Shown here piece by piece: positions 52,910 through 64,000 of a stretch of DNA of 64,000 nt (positions within the stretch are counted from its first letter, which is position 1; each line of letters begins with the position of its first letter). This stretch comes from Heterodontus francisci (taxonomy: Eukaryota), in the NCBI RefSeq assembly GCF_036365525.1, contig NC_090373.1, positions 90,223,067 through 90,287,066 of the forward strand. The letters are read 5' to 3'. The position numbers were made by a program, and so were the translations under genes. Below the pieces are notes generated by a model that made no database searches, had not been told where the DNA came from, and saw only the letters and a list, made by a program, of their open reading frames with translations.

Positions 52910-53890
52910 CAGGTTCCGAATTATGCTGGGGCTACAGCTGTTCCCAATCTATATAAAATTTGCTGATGGCACAAAACTAGGTGGGAATGTAAATTGTGAA
53001 GAAAATGCAAGGAGGCTTCAAGGGGACTTGGACCAGCTAAATGAATGGGCAAGAACATAGCAGATGGAATATAATGTGAATAAGTGTGAAGTTATCCACT
53101 TTGGTAGAAAAAACAGAAAGACAGAGGATTTTTTAAATGGTGAGAGGTTGGAAAGGGTTGATGTCCAAAGGGGCTTGGGTGTCTTTGTTCATGAGTCACT
53201 AAAAGTTGGCATGCAGGTGCAGCAAGCAATTAGGAAGGCAAATGATATGTTGGCCTTCATTGCAAGGGAATTTTTGTACAGGAGTAAAAATGTCTTGCTG
53301 AAATTGTATAGAGCCTTGGTGAGTATTGTGTACAGTTTTGGTCTCCTCATCTAAGAAAGGATATACTTGCCACAGAGGGAGTGCAATGGAGGTTCACCAG
53401 ACTAATCTCTGGGATGGCAGAGGAGACGGATGTCTTATGAGGAGAGATTGAGGAAACTGGGCCTGTATTCTATAGTGTTTTAAAGAATGAGAGGTGATCT
53501 TATTGAAACTGGAAAAATTCTTAGAAGGTGTGACAGGGTGGATTCTTAGAAGGTGTGATAGGATGTTTCCTCTGGCTGGTGAGTCTAGAGCAAGGGGACA
53601 CAGTCTCAGAATAAGGGGGAGCCTTTTAAAACTGAGATGAGGAGGAAATTCTTCAATCAGAGCGTGGTGAATCTTTGGAATTCTCTACCCCAGAAGGCTG
53701 TGGAAGCTCAATCATTGAGCATGCTCAAGACAGAAATCAATGAATATCTGGATACCAGTGAGATCAAGGGATATGGGGATATTGTGGGAATAAGGCATTG
53801 AGGTGGATGATCAGCCATGATCTAATTAAATGGCAGAGCAGGCTCGACAGGCTGAATGGCCTACTCCTGCTCCTATGGTCCTATGTTCCT
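52910..53890 (+). mobile_element. CR1 RT plus 3' end
   Basis: KFADGTKL, MEYNVNKCEVIHFG and a (cctatgtt)-type tail. Confidence 0.88.
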
Positions 53891-54494
53891 ATAAGCTCTG
53901 GTACTCTACCTAAACAATTAAGCTTCATCTGTGAACCTAAACAGTGCATACCAGCAGGCTGTGTAACTGTTGTGGGTGGAGCAAAGGAACTTCACAAGTG
54001 AGCCTGATCTTGTCCCCACTTCATGCACAATTTCCGATAACATTCACTGGACAGTGTTCAGTAGCAGAAAGCTTGGCTGAATTTGTCCTCTCTAGCCCAG
54101 GCAATGAGGCGTATTTTAGCATCCCTAGTGCCACCATGGCTGAGATTAGCTAACTTTTCAGCCTTGCAAGTGAGCAGATGATTTTCCTGGTTTAATGGAA
54201 GAATATTTCTATATCAGCACAGTTCATTGTAAAATATCAATCCATATGTTATGTTTTTAAAACTGTAAATTTAAAAGCGTGCATCTATAATTGAAATTGC
54301 TAATGATTACCTGACTTGTTTGGATATAAAGATAAATTCACTGATCCTGCACTTCTAGTGCTCTAGCCCTATCTCTGATCTGTGTTCCTTTTCCACTCAG
54401 CAATCATTGAGAAGGTGGGAATGGTAATGGGATATCTAGATGATCACACGCATGAAAGCATTAAAGTTGGCATTGCATTTGCGGGTGAGGGCTT

Positions 54495-54895
54495 TCCTCA
54501 TGGCTCTATAGGTTTATCAAAGGAATAGCTGAGTCGTACAGCCCAGGAAGTCCCAGGGTTAATCTGCGGCCTGTGCTGAAGCTGCATATTTCTGCCAACG
54601 TGGTACTATAATAGGCCTCGGTGCCTCGTTTGGGACCAGGAAAATTGGCTATTGGTTCTGTTGCTAGTTTCTATACAATGATCCCTGCTGGAAGTGTGGA
54701 TTTCAGGTGGGGATTAGATCAGTCTCAGCTACGAGGGTCTAAATGGTTGAATAGCCTACCAACAGTCATTGTTAAGGCTCATGCATTAATAATTGCCATC
54801 TGGGTAACAATCTGGAGGATGCCTGTTGCTGTGAGACCTTAACCAGTTGAAGAAACAGTCTTTTGATGAGTGGAGGAAATTGAGGTAAAAAAAAA
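54495..54895 (+). mobile_element. Unclassified old SINE-like repeat
   Basis: Related antisense pieces at about 1490-1800, 2020-2500, 39400-39580 and 53940-54160. Confidence 0.45.
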
Positions 54896-55721
54896 TGAGA
54901 TCACACTGAAGTTATGTACTAGTGAAAAACACATGTTATGTTGCTGAGTTTCAATCTGTCACGCATACTTGCCTGACCACAGCTCAATCTACCCAGCATG
55001 AAAGGCCACAAACCTGACTGGTTTAATTCAGCCCATCCGCTGCACTTAGAGTATATTTTTGATGAATTTTCACTTCTCAAGTTTCCGTGTTGGCAAAAAG
55101 GATGTTGCCGATAGCAATCTGTGGTGTATTAACAGAAAGATGACTTATTGGTTAATTGAACAGCTGGACCCACGGTTAGAGGCACAGTGATTGGATTTAT
55201 CTGTCAAACATTCATTAGCGAATCAATTAGTTTCTATCTTTTTGTTTCAGAAAGGATGGGCTGTGCCACGAGCAGTAAAAAAAGCTTCAACCACAGGGGC
55301 CAGGCTAATGAGCTGCACATGCCAATTAGTTCATTACCACAGCACGTGAGTACAGCCAGAAGGATATTTATGTTTTTCCTTTTTCTTAGACCTTTAAGGT
55401 ATATTACAGAAGTGTTTAAAGTAAGAATAGAAATGCTGGAAATGCACAATGGTCAGCCAGCATCTGAAAAAGAAAGATCGATCATCTATACAGTCTTCTA
55501 TATCTGTGATGAAGAGTAACCCACCATAAAAATTGACCTGTCATTCCCTTTCAGATCAATGAACTGCATTGCTGGCATTTTCTCATTTCTTTTTACATTC
55601 CGACATTCATAATCTTTTGTTTTGTCTATATATCATTTTGTTTTCCATTTCTCATCCCGACCACTCCAAGATAGCCTTGCATCTTCTATGTGATCCATTC
55701 TGTAGGTATTAATAAGTGTTT

Positions 55722-56145
55722 GCCTTGGCTCAGTAGTAGCAATCTTGCCTCTGAGTCAGAAAGTTATCGGTCCTAAACCCCACTTCAGACTTCAGTACAC
55801 AGTCTACGTTAATACTCCAGGGCAGTAATGAAAAAGTGTATGTTAGAAGTGGATAAGTTGCTAAACCGAGGGTAGGTGCAAAAGAACCCATGCTACTTTA
55901 TCAAAGAAGTGCAGGGAGTTCTCCTGATGTCCTTGCCAATGGTCACTTACTAAACCAAAATCAGATTAATTGAGTAACATTCATTCCTCAATCAATATCA
56001 CCTAAAACAGATTAACTGGGCAAGCATTTTATTGTTTTTGTGACATTGTGGTTACAAAACAACACAATACTTCAAAAGTAATACATTGGTTGTGAACAAC
56101 ATCCTGAGAATGTGAAAATTATTATATAAATGCAAGTTCTTTCCT
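55722..56145 (+). mobile_element. tRNA-derived SINE (Deu/SacSINE-like)
   Basis: A-box TGGCTCAGTAG. L2-like tail ataaatgcaagtt. Confidence 0.6.
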
Positions 56146-56149
56146 ACTG

Positions 56150-56940
56150 TAATACTGGAGGATGGTAGACTTTGGTGTTTCCCAAGGGTCAGTACTAGGA
56201 CCACTGCTTTTTTGATATGACTTGGATATTGGAATACAGAGTAAAATTTCAAAATTTGCCTATGATACCAAACTTGGAGATGTGGCAAACCGAGAGGATA
56301 ATACCAACCAACTGCAACAGGACATGGATAGGTTAGCAGAATGGGGGCTGACAAGTGGCAGATTAAATTTAATACAGAGAAGTGTGAGGTGGTGCATTCT
56401 GGCAGAAAGGATAGGGAGAGGCAATATAAACTAAATGGCACAGTTCCAAAGAGTGTACAGGGGCAGCAGGACCTGGGGGTTCATGTGCACAGATCTTTGA
56501 AGGTGGCAAGACATATTGAGAGAATAATTAGCTAAGCATATGTGATCTTGGGCTTCATAGTACAAAACCCCTGATTAGGCCACATCGAGAGTATTGCATC
56601 CAGTTCTGGTCACCACACTTTAGGAAGGATCTGAGAGTCCTTGAGAGGGTGCAAAGGAGATTTACCCGAATGGTTCCAGCGATGAGCAATTTTAGCTGCA
56701 AGCCAGGCTTGTTCTCCTTGGAGCAAAGGAGATTGAGGGGAGAGTTGATAGAGGTACGCAAGATCATAACAGATTAAGATAAGAAAGGCAAAGAAAAGCT
56801 GTTCCAGTTAGATGATAGTACAAGGACTAGGGGGCACAAATTTAAGGTTTTGGGCAAAAAATACAGGGTGGAATGTGAGGAAGAACTTTTTTACACAGTG
56901 AGTGGTAATAACCTGGAAGTCGCTGCCTATGAGGGTGATG
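56150..56940 (+). mobile_element. CR1 fragment (same family as 28280-30840)
   Basis: IQSKISKFAYDTKL, WQIKFNTEKC. Confidence 0.85.
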
Positions 56941-57085
56941 AACTCCGAGTTCCGAAGAAGGGTCACTGACCCGAAACGTTAACTCTGCTTCTCTTTCCAC
57001 GGATGCTGCCAGACCTGCTGAGTGGCTCCAGCATTTCTTGTTTTTATTTCAGATTTCCAGCATTCGCAGTATTTTGCTTTTATTA
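56941..57085 (+). mobile_element. Penelope-like end with minimal hammerhead motif
   Basis: GAGTT-CCGAAGA-A-GGGTCactGACCC-GAAACGTT-AACTC. Nearly identical to 18553-18663. Confidence 0.7.
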
Positions 57086-57909
57086 TATAATTGTCCATCA
57101 AGCCTGCTTCCAAGTCAGTTAGGGGCGTCCCCTTATGAAATTCGGGGACAGTGACTGACTGTTTTCCCCTGGGGTGGGATTGGAACCTGGCAACAGTCCT
57201 GACATCTATTTTCCACCCCAGAAGGAAAATCCTGCCCTATCACACCCTGATCCTTTTGTTTGACCTAATGAGCATATTTGAATAGCGTGGAAAAGAATTT
57301 ACATAAGAACATAAGAAGTATGAGCAGGAGTAGGCCATTCAGCCCCTCAAGCCTGCCCCGCCATTCAATAAAATCATGGCTGATCTGTCCCAGGCCTCAA
57401 CTCGCCTTCCGGGCCTGCTCCGCATAACCCTCGACTCCCCAAGATTTCAAAAATCTATCTACCTTATCCTTAAATACATTTAGTGACCTAGCCTCCACAA
57501 CTCTCTGAGGTAGAGAATTCCAGTGATTCACCACCCTCTGAGAGAAGAAATTCCTTTGCATCTCAGTTTTAAATGTGTGCCGCTTATTCTGTAATTTTGT
57601 CCCCTAGTTCGAAATCCCCCACCAGTGGAAACATATTCTTAACATCTACCCTGTCAAGCCCCCTTAAAATCTTATATGTTTCAATAAGTTCACCTCTCAT
57701 TCTTCTAAACTTCAATGAATAAAGGCCTAACCTGTTTAGCCGTTCTTGATAAGACAACCCCTTCATCCCAGGAATCAGCCTAGTGAACGTTTTCTGAACT
57801 GCCTGCAATGCTAGTATATCCTGCAAAACTGTACGCAGTACTCCAGGTGTGGCCTCACCAACATTCTGTACAGTTGTAACAAGACTTCCCTATTTTTAAA
57901 CTCTAACCC

Positions 57910-58255
57910 AGTGGCGCAGTGGTTAGCACCGCAGCCTCATAGCTCCAGCGTCCCAGGTTCAATTCTGGGTACTGCCTGTGTGGAGTTTGCAAGTTCTCCC
58001 TGTGTCTGCGTGGGTTTCCTCTGGGTGCTCCGGTTTCCTCCCACATGCCAAAGACTTGCAGGTTGATAGGTTAATTGGCCATTATAAATTGCCCCTAGTA
58101 TAGGTAGGTGGTAGGGAAATATAGGGACAGGTGCGGATGTGGTAGGAATATGGGATTAGTGTAGGATTAGTATAAATGGGTGGTTGATGGTCGGCACAGA
58201 CTCGGTGGGCCGAAGGGCCTGTTTCAGAGCTGTATCTCTAAACTAAACTAAACTA
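57910..58255 (+). mobile_element. HE1-like V-SINE
   Basis: A-box TGGCGCAGTGG, B-box GGTTCAATTC, V-domain-like core (gggtttcctctgggtgctccggtttcctccca), CR1-type tail (TAAAC)n, TSD AACCC. Confidence 0.85.
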
Positions 58256-60579
58256 AACCCCCTAGCAATAAAAGCCAAAATTCCATTTGCATTCCTAAGT
58301 ACATGCTGCACCTGCATGCTAACTTTTTGTGTTTCATGTAGAAGAACACCCAGATCCCTCTGTACTGCAGTATTTTGTAGTCTTTCTCCATCTAAATAAT
58401 AATCTGCCTTTTTATTCTTCCTACCAAAGTGGATGACCTCACACTTTCCCACATTGAACTCCATCTGCCAAGTTTTTGCCCACTCATTTAACCTATCTAT
58501 ATCCCTTTGCAGATTCTTTGTGTCCTCATCACAACATGCCTTCCCACCTATTTTTGTATCATCAGCAAATCAGCAAATTTGGATACACTACACTCTGTCC
58601 CTTCCTCCAAGTCATTAATCTAGACAGTAAATAGTTGACGCCCTAGTATCGATCCTTGTGACACCCCACTAGTTATGGCTTTCCAACCTGTAAAAGAACC
58701 ATTGATCCCGACTCCCTGCCTTCTGTGTGTTAGCCAATCCTCAATCCATGCCAACACATTACCCCCAATACCCTGAGCTCTTATTTTGTGCAATGACCTT
58801 TTATGTGGCACCTTATCGAACGTCTTCTGAAAATCCAAATGTACTACACCTCCCGGTTCCACTTTATAATCTCTGCTTGTTATATCCTCAAAGAACTCAA
58901 ACAAATTTGTCAAACATGATTTCCCCTTTATAAAACCATTTTGACTCTGTCTGATTACATTATGTTTTTCTAAATGTCCTGCTATTTCTTCTTTAATAAT
59001 GGACTCTAGCCTTTTCCCAATGACAGACGTTAAGCTAACTGGTCTATAGTTTCCTGCTTTCTGTCTCCCTCCTTTCTTGAATAGGGGCGTCACATTAGCA
59101 GTTTTCCAATCTGCTGGTACCCTACCGGAATCCAGTGAGTTTTGGTATATTATGACCAATGCCTCCACTATCTCTGCAGCCACTTCTTTTAAAACCCTTG
59201 GATGCAGGCCATCAGGTCCTGGCAACTTGTCTGCCTTTAGTGTCATCAGTTTGTCCAGCACCTTTTCCCTTGTGATAGAGATTGTTACAAGTTCCTCCCT
59301 CCCATTTACACTTTGCTCATCTATTATTGTTGGGATGTTTATAATGTCCTCCACCGTGAAGACTGATGCAAAATATTAGTTTAAATTATCTGCCATTTCC
59401 CGGTTCCCTGTTATTAATTCCCTAGTCTCATCCTCTAAGGGTCCCAAACTTACTTTAGCTACTCTCTTCCTTTTTTATATACCCGTAGAAGCTCTTAATG
59501 TTTGTTTTTATATTTCTTGCCAATCTACTCTCATAATCAATTTTCTCCCTCTTTATTAGTTTTTTAGTCATCTGCTGCTGGTTTCTATAAAATTCCCAAT
59601 CCTCTGGCCTACCACTAGCTTTTGCCGCTTTGTACGCCTTTGTTTTTGATTTGATACTCTCCTTAACTTCCTTTGTTATCCATGGGTGGTTCATCATTTT
59701 CATCGAGTCCTTCCTTCTGACCGGGATAAATGTTCGCTGAGTGTTATATAATATCTGCTTAAAAGTCTGCCACTGCCCAGCTACAGACTTTCCCTTTAGT
59801 CTATTTTCCCAGCCTGCTTCAGACAACTCTTTCTTCATACCTCTGTAATTGCCCTTGTTTAAGTTGAAGACACTGGTTTGGGACCCGAGTTGCTCACCCT
59901 CAAACTGAATTTGAAATTCTACCATGTTATGATCGCTTCCCCCTAGAGGATCCTTAACTACGAGATCTCTTATTAATCCTACCTCATTACACAATACCAA
60001 ATCTAAAATAGCCTGTTCCCGGGTAGGTTCTGCAAAGTATTGTTCTAAGAAACAATCCCTGATGCACTCTACAAATTCGTCTTCCATGTCACCCTTGCCA
60101 ATTTGATTTGTCCAGTCTATATGCAGATTAAAATCACCCCTTTTTACACGCCTCCGCTATTTCCTGATTAATATTTTGTCCTACAGAGAGGCAACTCCTT
60201 GGGGGCCTATAGACCACTCCCACCCGTGATTTCTTTCCCTTGGTATTCCTTATTTCCACCCAAACTGATTCTACATCACGATCTATCACACTTACATAAT
60301 TACTCACAACTGCACTGATCCCTTCCTTTAATAACAAAGCTACCCCACCTCCTTTTCCTTTCTGCCTATTCTTCCGGAGCGTCGAGTATCCTTGAACATT
60401 GAGTTTTCAGTCCTGGTCATCCTGCAACCACGTCTCTGTGATAGATATCAAATCATATTCATTTATTTCTATTTGTGCCGTCAGCTCATCTATCTTGTTA
60501 GAAATGCTATATTCAGATAAAGAGCCTTAAGCTTTGACTTTTTACCATTTTACCTACTCTGGTTCTAATTTCTGCTGTA

Positions 60580-60872
60580 TATATTCGCCAGAGCTGGCGG
60601 GCAGCCATAAAGACAGGGCTAAATTGTGGCGAGTCGAAGAGACTTAGTAGTTGGCAGGAAAAAAGACAGAGGCGCAAGGGGAGAGCCAACTGTGCAACAG
60701 CCCCGACAAACAAATTTCTCTGCAGCACCTGTGGAAGAGCCTGTCACTCCAGAATTGGCCTTTATAGCCACTCCAGGCGCTGCTTCACAAACCACTGACC
60801 ACCTCCAGGCGCGTATCCATTGTCTCTCGAGATAAGGAGGCCCAAAAGAAAAGAAAGAAAGAAAGAAAAGAA
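60580..60872 (+). mobile_element. RTE (BovB-like) LINE 3' end
   Basis: Open frame 60583-60798: RQSWRAAIKTG...CSTCGRACHSRIGLYSHSRRC. (GAAA)n tail. Confidence 0.8.
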
Positions 60873-62179
60873 CTCTTATGCTTGTATTCTCTGTCCCTTC
60901 CTGTCACTCTCTGATTAATGTATGCCCCTTCACTGCCTTGCACCTATGCTCCCTCGTTACCTTTCGACTTTTTCAACTTCCCTTCAATTGAACCCCCCCA
61001 CTATTTAGTTTAAAGCCTTATCTGCAACCCTAGTTATGCGATTCGCCAGGACACTGGTCCCAGCATGGTTTAAATGAAGCCCATCCCAATGGAACAGCTC
61101 TCTCTTTCCCCAGTACTGGTGTCAATGTCCCATGAATCGGAACCATTTCTCCCACACCAATCTTTGAGCCCAGCATTTACCTCTCTAATCTTATTTACCC
61201 TATGTCAATTTGCACGTGGCTCAGGTAGTAATCCGGAGATTATTACCTTTGTGGTTCTGCTTTTTAATTTAGCCCCGAGCTGCTCATAGTCCCTCAGCAG
61301 AACCTCTTTCCTAGTCCTACCTATGTCACTGGTACCTACGTGGACCACAACTGTATCCTTTCCCTTCCATTCCAAGTTCGTCTCTAGCCCAGAAGAGATG
61401 TCCTTAACCTTGGCACCAGGTAAGCAACACAGCCTTCAGGACTCTCTATCTTTGCTGCAGAGAACAGTATCTATTCTTCTAACTATGCTATCCCCTATTA
61501 CAACTACATTTCTCTTTTCTCCCCCCACTTGAACGATGCTCTGAACCACGGTGCTGTGGTCAGTTCGCTGATCCTCCCTGCAGTCTGTGCCCTCGTCCAC
61601 ACTGGAAGCAAGAACCTTGTACCTATTGGATAAGGGCACTGACTGACGCTCCTCCAAAGCTAAATTCTGGATCCCCATACTTGCCTCACTAGCAGTCACA
61701 CCCTCCTGTCCCTGACCATGGTCCAAATTTGATGTAATTAATCTAAGGGGTGTCTGTCTCCTGAAATGCAGTGTCCAGGCAACTCTCCCCCTCCCTGATG
61801 TGTCACAGTGTCCGCAACTCAGACTCCAGCTCATCAACTCTGAGCCAAATGTCTTCGAGCAGTCAACACTTGCTGCAGATGTGGTCACCGTGGATCGCAC
61901 CACCGTCCACCAGCTCCCACATACTACAGCTGCAAAACATCACCTGCCCAAACATCCCTATTCTATTTAATTAATTAATTTGGATCTCAGTATTTAAAAA
62001 AAAAATGAATTATTTAAGTGTACTCTTAACCTGTAATGACGTCTCCTGATTTAAATCAGTTGGCCAAAACAAAAAAGAGAGACGGAAGAAATACCCACCA
62101 ATCACTTACCAGCTCTCCTGTGACGTCACACTTCGATTTTGTTGGTCAAGCAGGTCCACAGTTCCACTGAACAGAACAC

Positions 62180-62430
62180 AGCACTCTCGCTGCCACTGCT
62201 TCTGGTCTCGGGCCTCGGCTCTTTTACATCCCGGCTCCTCTTGCCTGTTCCCACTCTTGCTGCCACTGCTTCTGGTCTCGGTTATCGGCTCTTTTATTTC
62301 CCGGCTCCTCTCGCCTGTTCCCGCTCTCGCTGCCGCTGCTTCTGGTCTCGGGTATCGGGTCTCCGCTCTTTTATATCCCGGCTCCTCTCGCCTGTTCCCG
62401 CTCTCACTGCTGCGGCTTCTGGTCTCGCTT
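62180..62430 (-). repeat. About 60-bp GC-rich tandem monomers at the CR1 5' end
   Basis: gctgccactgcttctggtctcgg...ctcttttat..cccggctcctctcgcctgttccc repeated about 3.5 times. Confidence 0.85.
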
Positions 62431-62469
62431 CTGAACGATTTCTCTCCTTTTCATTCTCAATTACAAATA

Positions 62470-63578
62470 TAAACCTCATAGAAAAACTGGAGTCAGTGGG
62501 AATGAGGGGGAAAACTCTCCGCAGGTTGGAGTCATACCCAGCACAAAGGAAGATGGTTGTGGTTGTTGGAGGTCAATCATCTCAGCTCCAGGACATCACT
62601 ACAGGTGTTCCTCAGGACATTGTCCTAGGCCCAATCATCTTCAGCTGCTTCATCAATGACTTCCCTCTATCATAAGGTCAGTAGTGGGGATGTTCACTGA
62701 TGATTGCGCAATGATCAGCACCATTCCTGACTTCTCAGAAACTGAAGCAGCCCATGTCCAGATGCAGCAAGACAACATGCAGGCTTAGGCTGATGTGTGG
62801 CACGAATGTTACTTGCCACTTAAGTACCAGACAATGATTATCTTAAACAAGAGAGACTCGAAACATCTCCCCTTGATGTTCAATGGCATTACCATCACTG
62901 AATCCCCCACTGTCAGCATCCTAGGGGTTGCCATTGACCAGAAACTGAACTGGACCAGCCACACAAATACTGTGGCTACAAGAGCAGGTCAGAGGCTGGG
63001 AATTCTGCAGTGAGTAACTCACCTCGTGGCTCCCCAGTGTCAGTCCACAAGGCACAAGTCAGCAATGTGATGAAATACTCTACACTTGCCTGGATGGGTG
63101 CAGCTCTAACAACACTCAAGAAGCTCGACACCATCCAGGACAAAGCAGCCCACTTGATTGGCACCCCATCCACAAACATTCATTCTCTCCACCACCGACG
63201 CACAGTGGCAACTGTGTACCATCTACAAGATGCACTGTAGCAGCTCACCAAAGCTCCTTCGACAGTGCCTTCTAAATCTGCGACCTCTACCACCTAGAGG
63301 GAAATGTGCAGCAGATGCATGGGAACACCACCACCTGCAAGTTCCCCTCCAAGCCACACACCATCCTGACATGGAACTATATCACCATTTCTTCACTGTC
63401 GCTGGGTCAAATTCCTGGAACTCCCTTCCTAACAGCATTGTCAGTGTACCTACACCCCAAGGACTGCAGCGGTTCAAGACGGCAGCTCACCAGCACCTTC
63501 ACAAGGACAATTAGGGATGGGCAACAAATGCTGGCCTATCCAGCGACGCCCACATCCCATGAACGAATAAGAAAAAAG
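62470..63578 (+). mobile_element. Crack-like LINE RT plus 3' end
   Basis: GVPQDIVLGPIIFSCFIND, ILGVAIDQKLNW, A-rich tail. Confidence 0.8.
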
Positions 63579-63694
63579 CCTCATAGCTTTTTGATGACAT
63601 CAATTTAGAAAATACTTCATTGATATTTGGACATTTTCATCTCTGCAGAGCTGCATAAATGTTAACTCCCAACAAGCTGTTATTTTAAAGTGTC

Positions 63695-64000
63695 AACCTT
63701 GGCTCCATGGTAGCATTCTCATCACTGAGTCAAATGGTTGTAGATTCGAGACCCACCCCATGCAACCTGAACACGTAATCCAAGCTGATACCTCAGTGCA
63801 GTACCAGGCCCAATCTGTTTTCTGTGGTTAAAATATCCCATGGAACTATATGAAAAAGAGCATGGGAGTTCTCTCCAATATCCTAACTAATAACTATCAC
63901 TCAACCAACATCATTAAAACTGGTCATCTGGTCATAATCCTATTGCTGTTTGTTGGACCTTGCTGTGCAAAAATTGGCTGCTATATTTCCTACATTCACA
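63695..64000 (+). mobile_element. tRNA-derived SINE (Deu/SacSINE-like), runs off the window
   Basis: tRNA-like head. Body similar to 55722-56145. Confidence 0.6.

Larger units (their letters stand above)
57300..62435 (-). mobile_element. Near full-length CR1 LINE with nested SINE and RTE
   Basis: 5' monomers. ORF1 zinc finger and esterase (VVIGDSIVR). APE endonuclease (ESVWVEI, GVVYRPP, ILDLVL, GSDH). RT (WKTANVTPLFKKG, LDFQKTFDKVPH). (ttcttatg)n tail. Confidence 0.93.

Noticed and set aside
54421-54440. LF-SINE similarity (ggtaatgggatat)
   Set aside because: Match too short and does not extend.
57910-57975. tRNA gene
   Set aside because: It is the head of a SINE, with core, tail and TSD.
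62180-62430. CRISPR-like array
   Set aside because: Vertebrate DNA. The units are contiguous tandem repeats with no unique spacers, and there are no cas genes.
62139-62675. 178-aa repetitive ORF
   Set aside because: Chimeric read-through of antisense CR1 monomers into a LINE RT fragment.

Overview
Repeat-rich vertebrate genomic DNA, most likely from a cartilaginous fish. That assignment is inferred from HE1-like V-SINEs, esterase-ORF1 CR1 LINEs, L2 relics and Deu-type SINEs, not from a database search. Only one intact host gene is recognisable: an intronless N-methylpurine DNA glycosylase (MPG/AAG) ORF on the minus strand (12848-13663), with a housekeeping-type promoter and a poly(A) signal. 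The rest is largely a layered transposon landscape: two near-full-length CR1 LINEs, many CR1/L2/Crack-like fragments, an internally deleted Gmr1-type Gypsy element with both LTRs and TSD, four solo LTRs, a Harbinger transposase fossil with MITEs, a young RTE 3' end, several SINE families, and Penelope-like ends carrying minimal hammerhead-ribozyme motifs. I see no clear evidence of a wholly new system. The best leads are the intronless MPG, the hammerhead hairpin cassette, and the monomer plus splice-donor architecture of the CR1 5' UTRs. Repeat boundaries are approximate unless a TSD is given.
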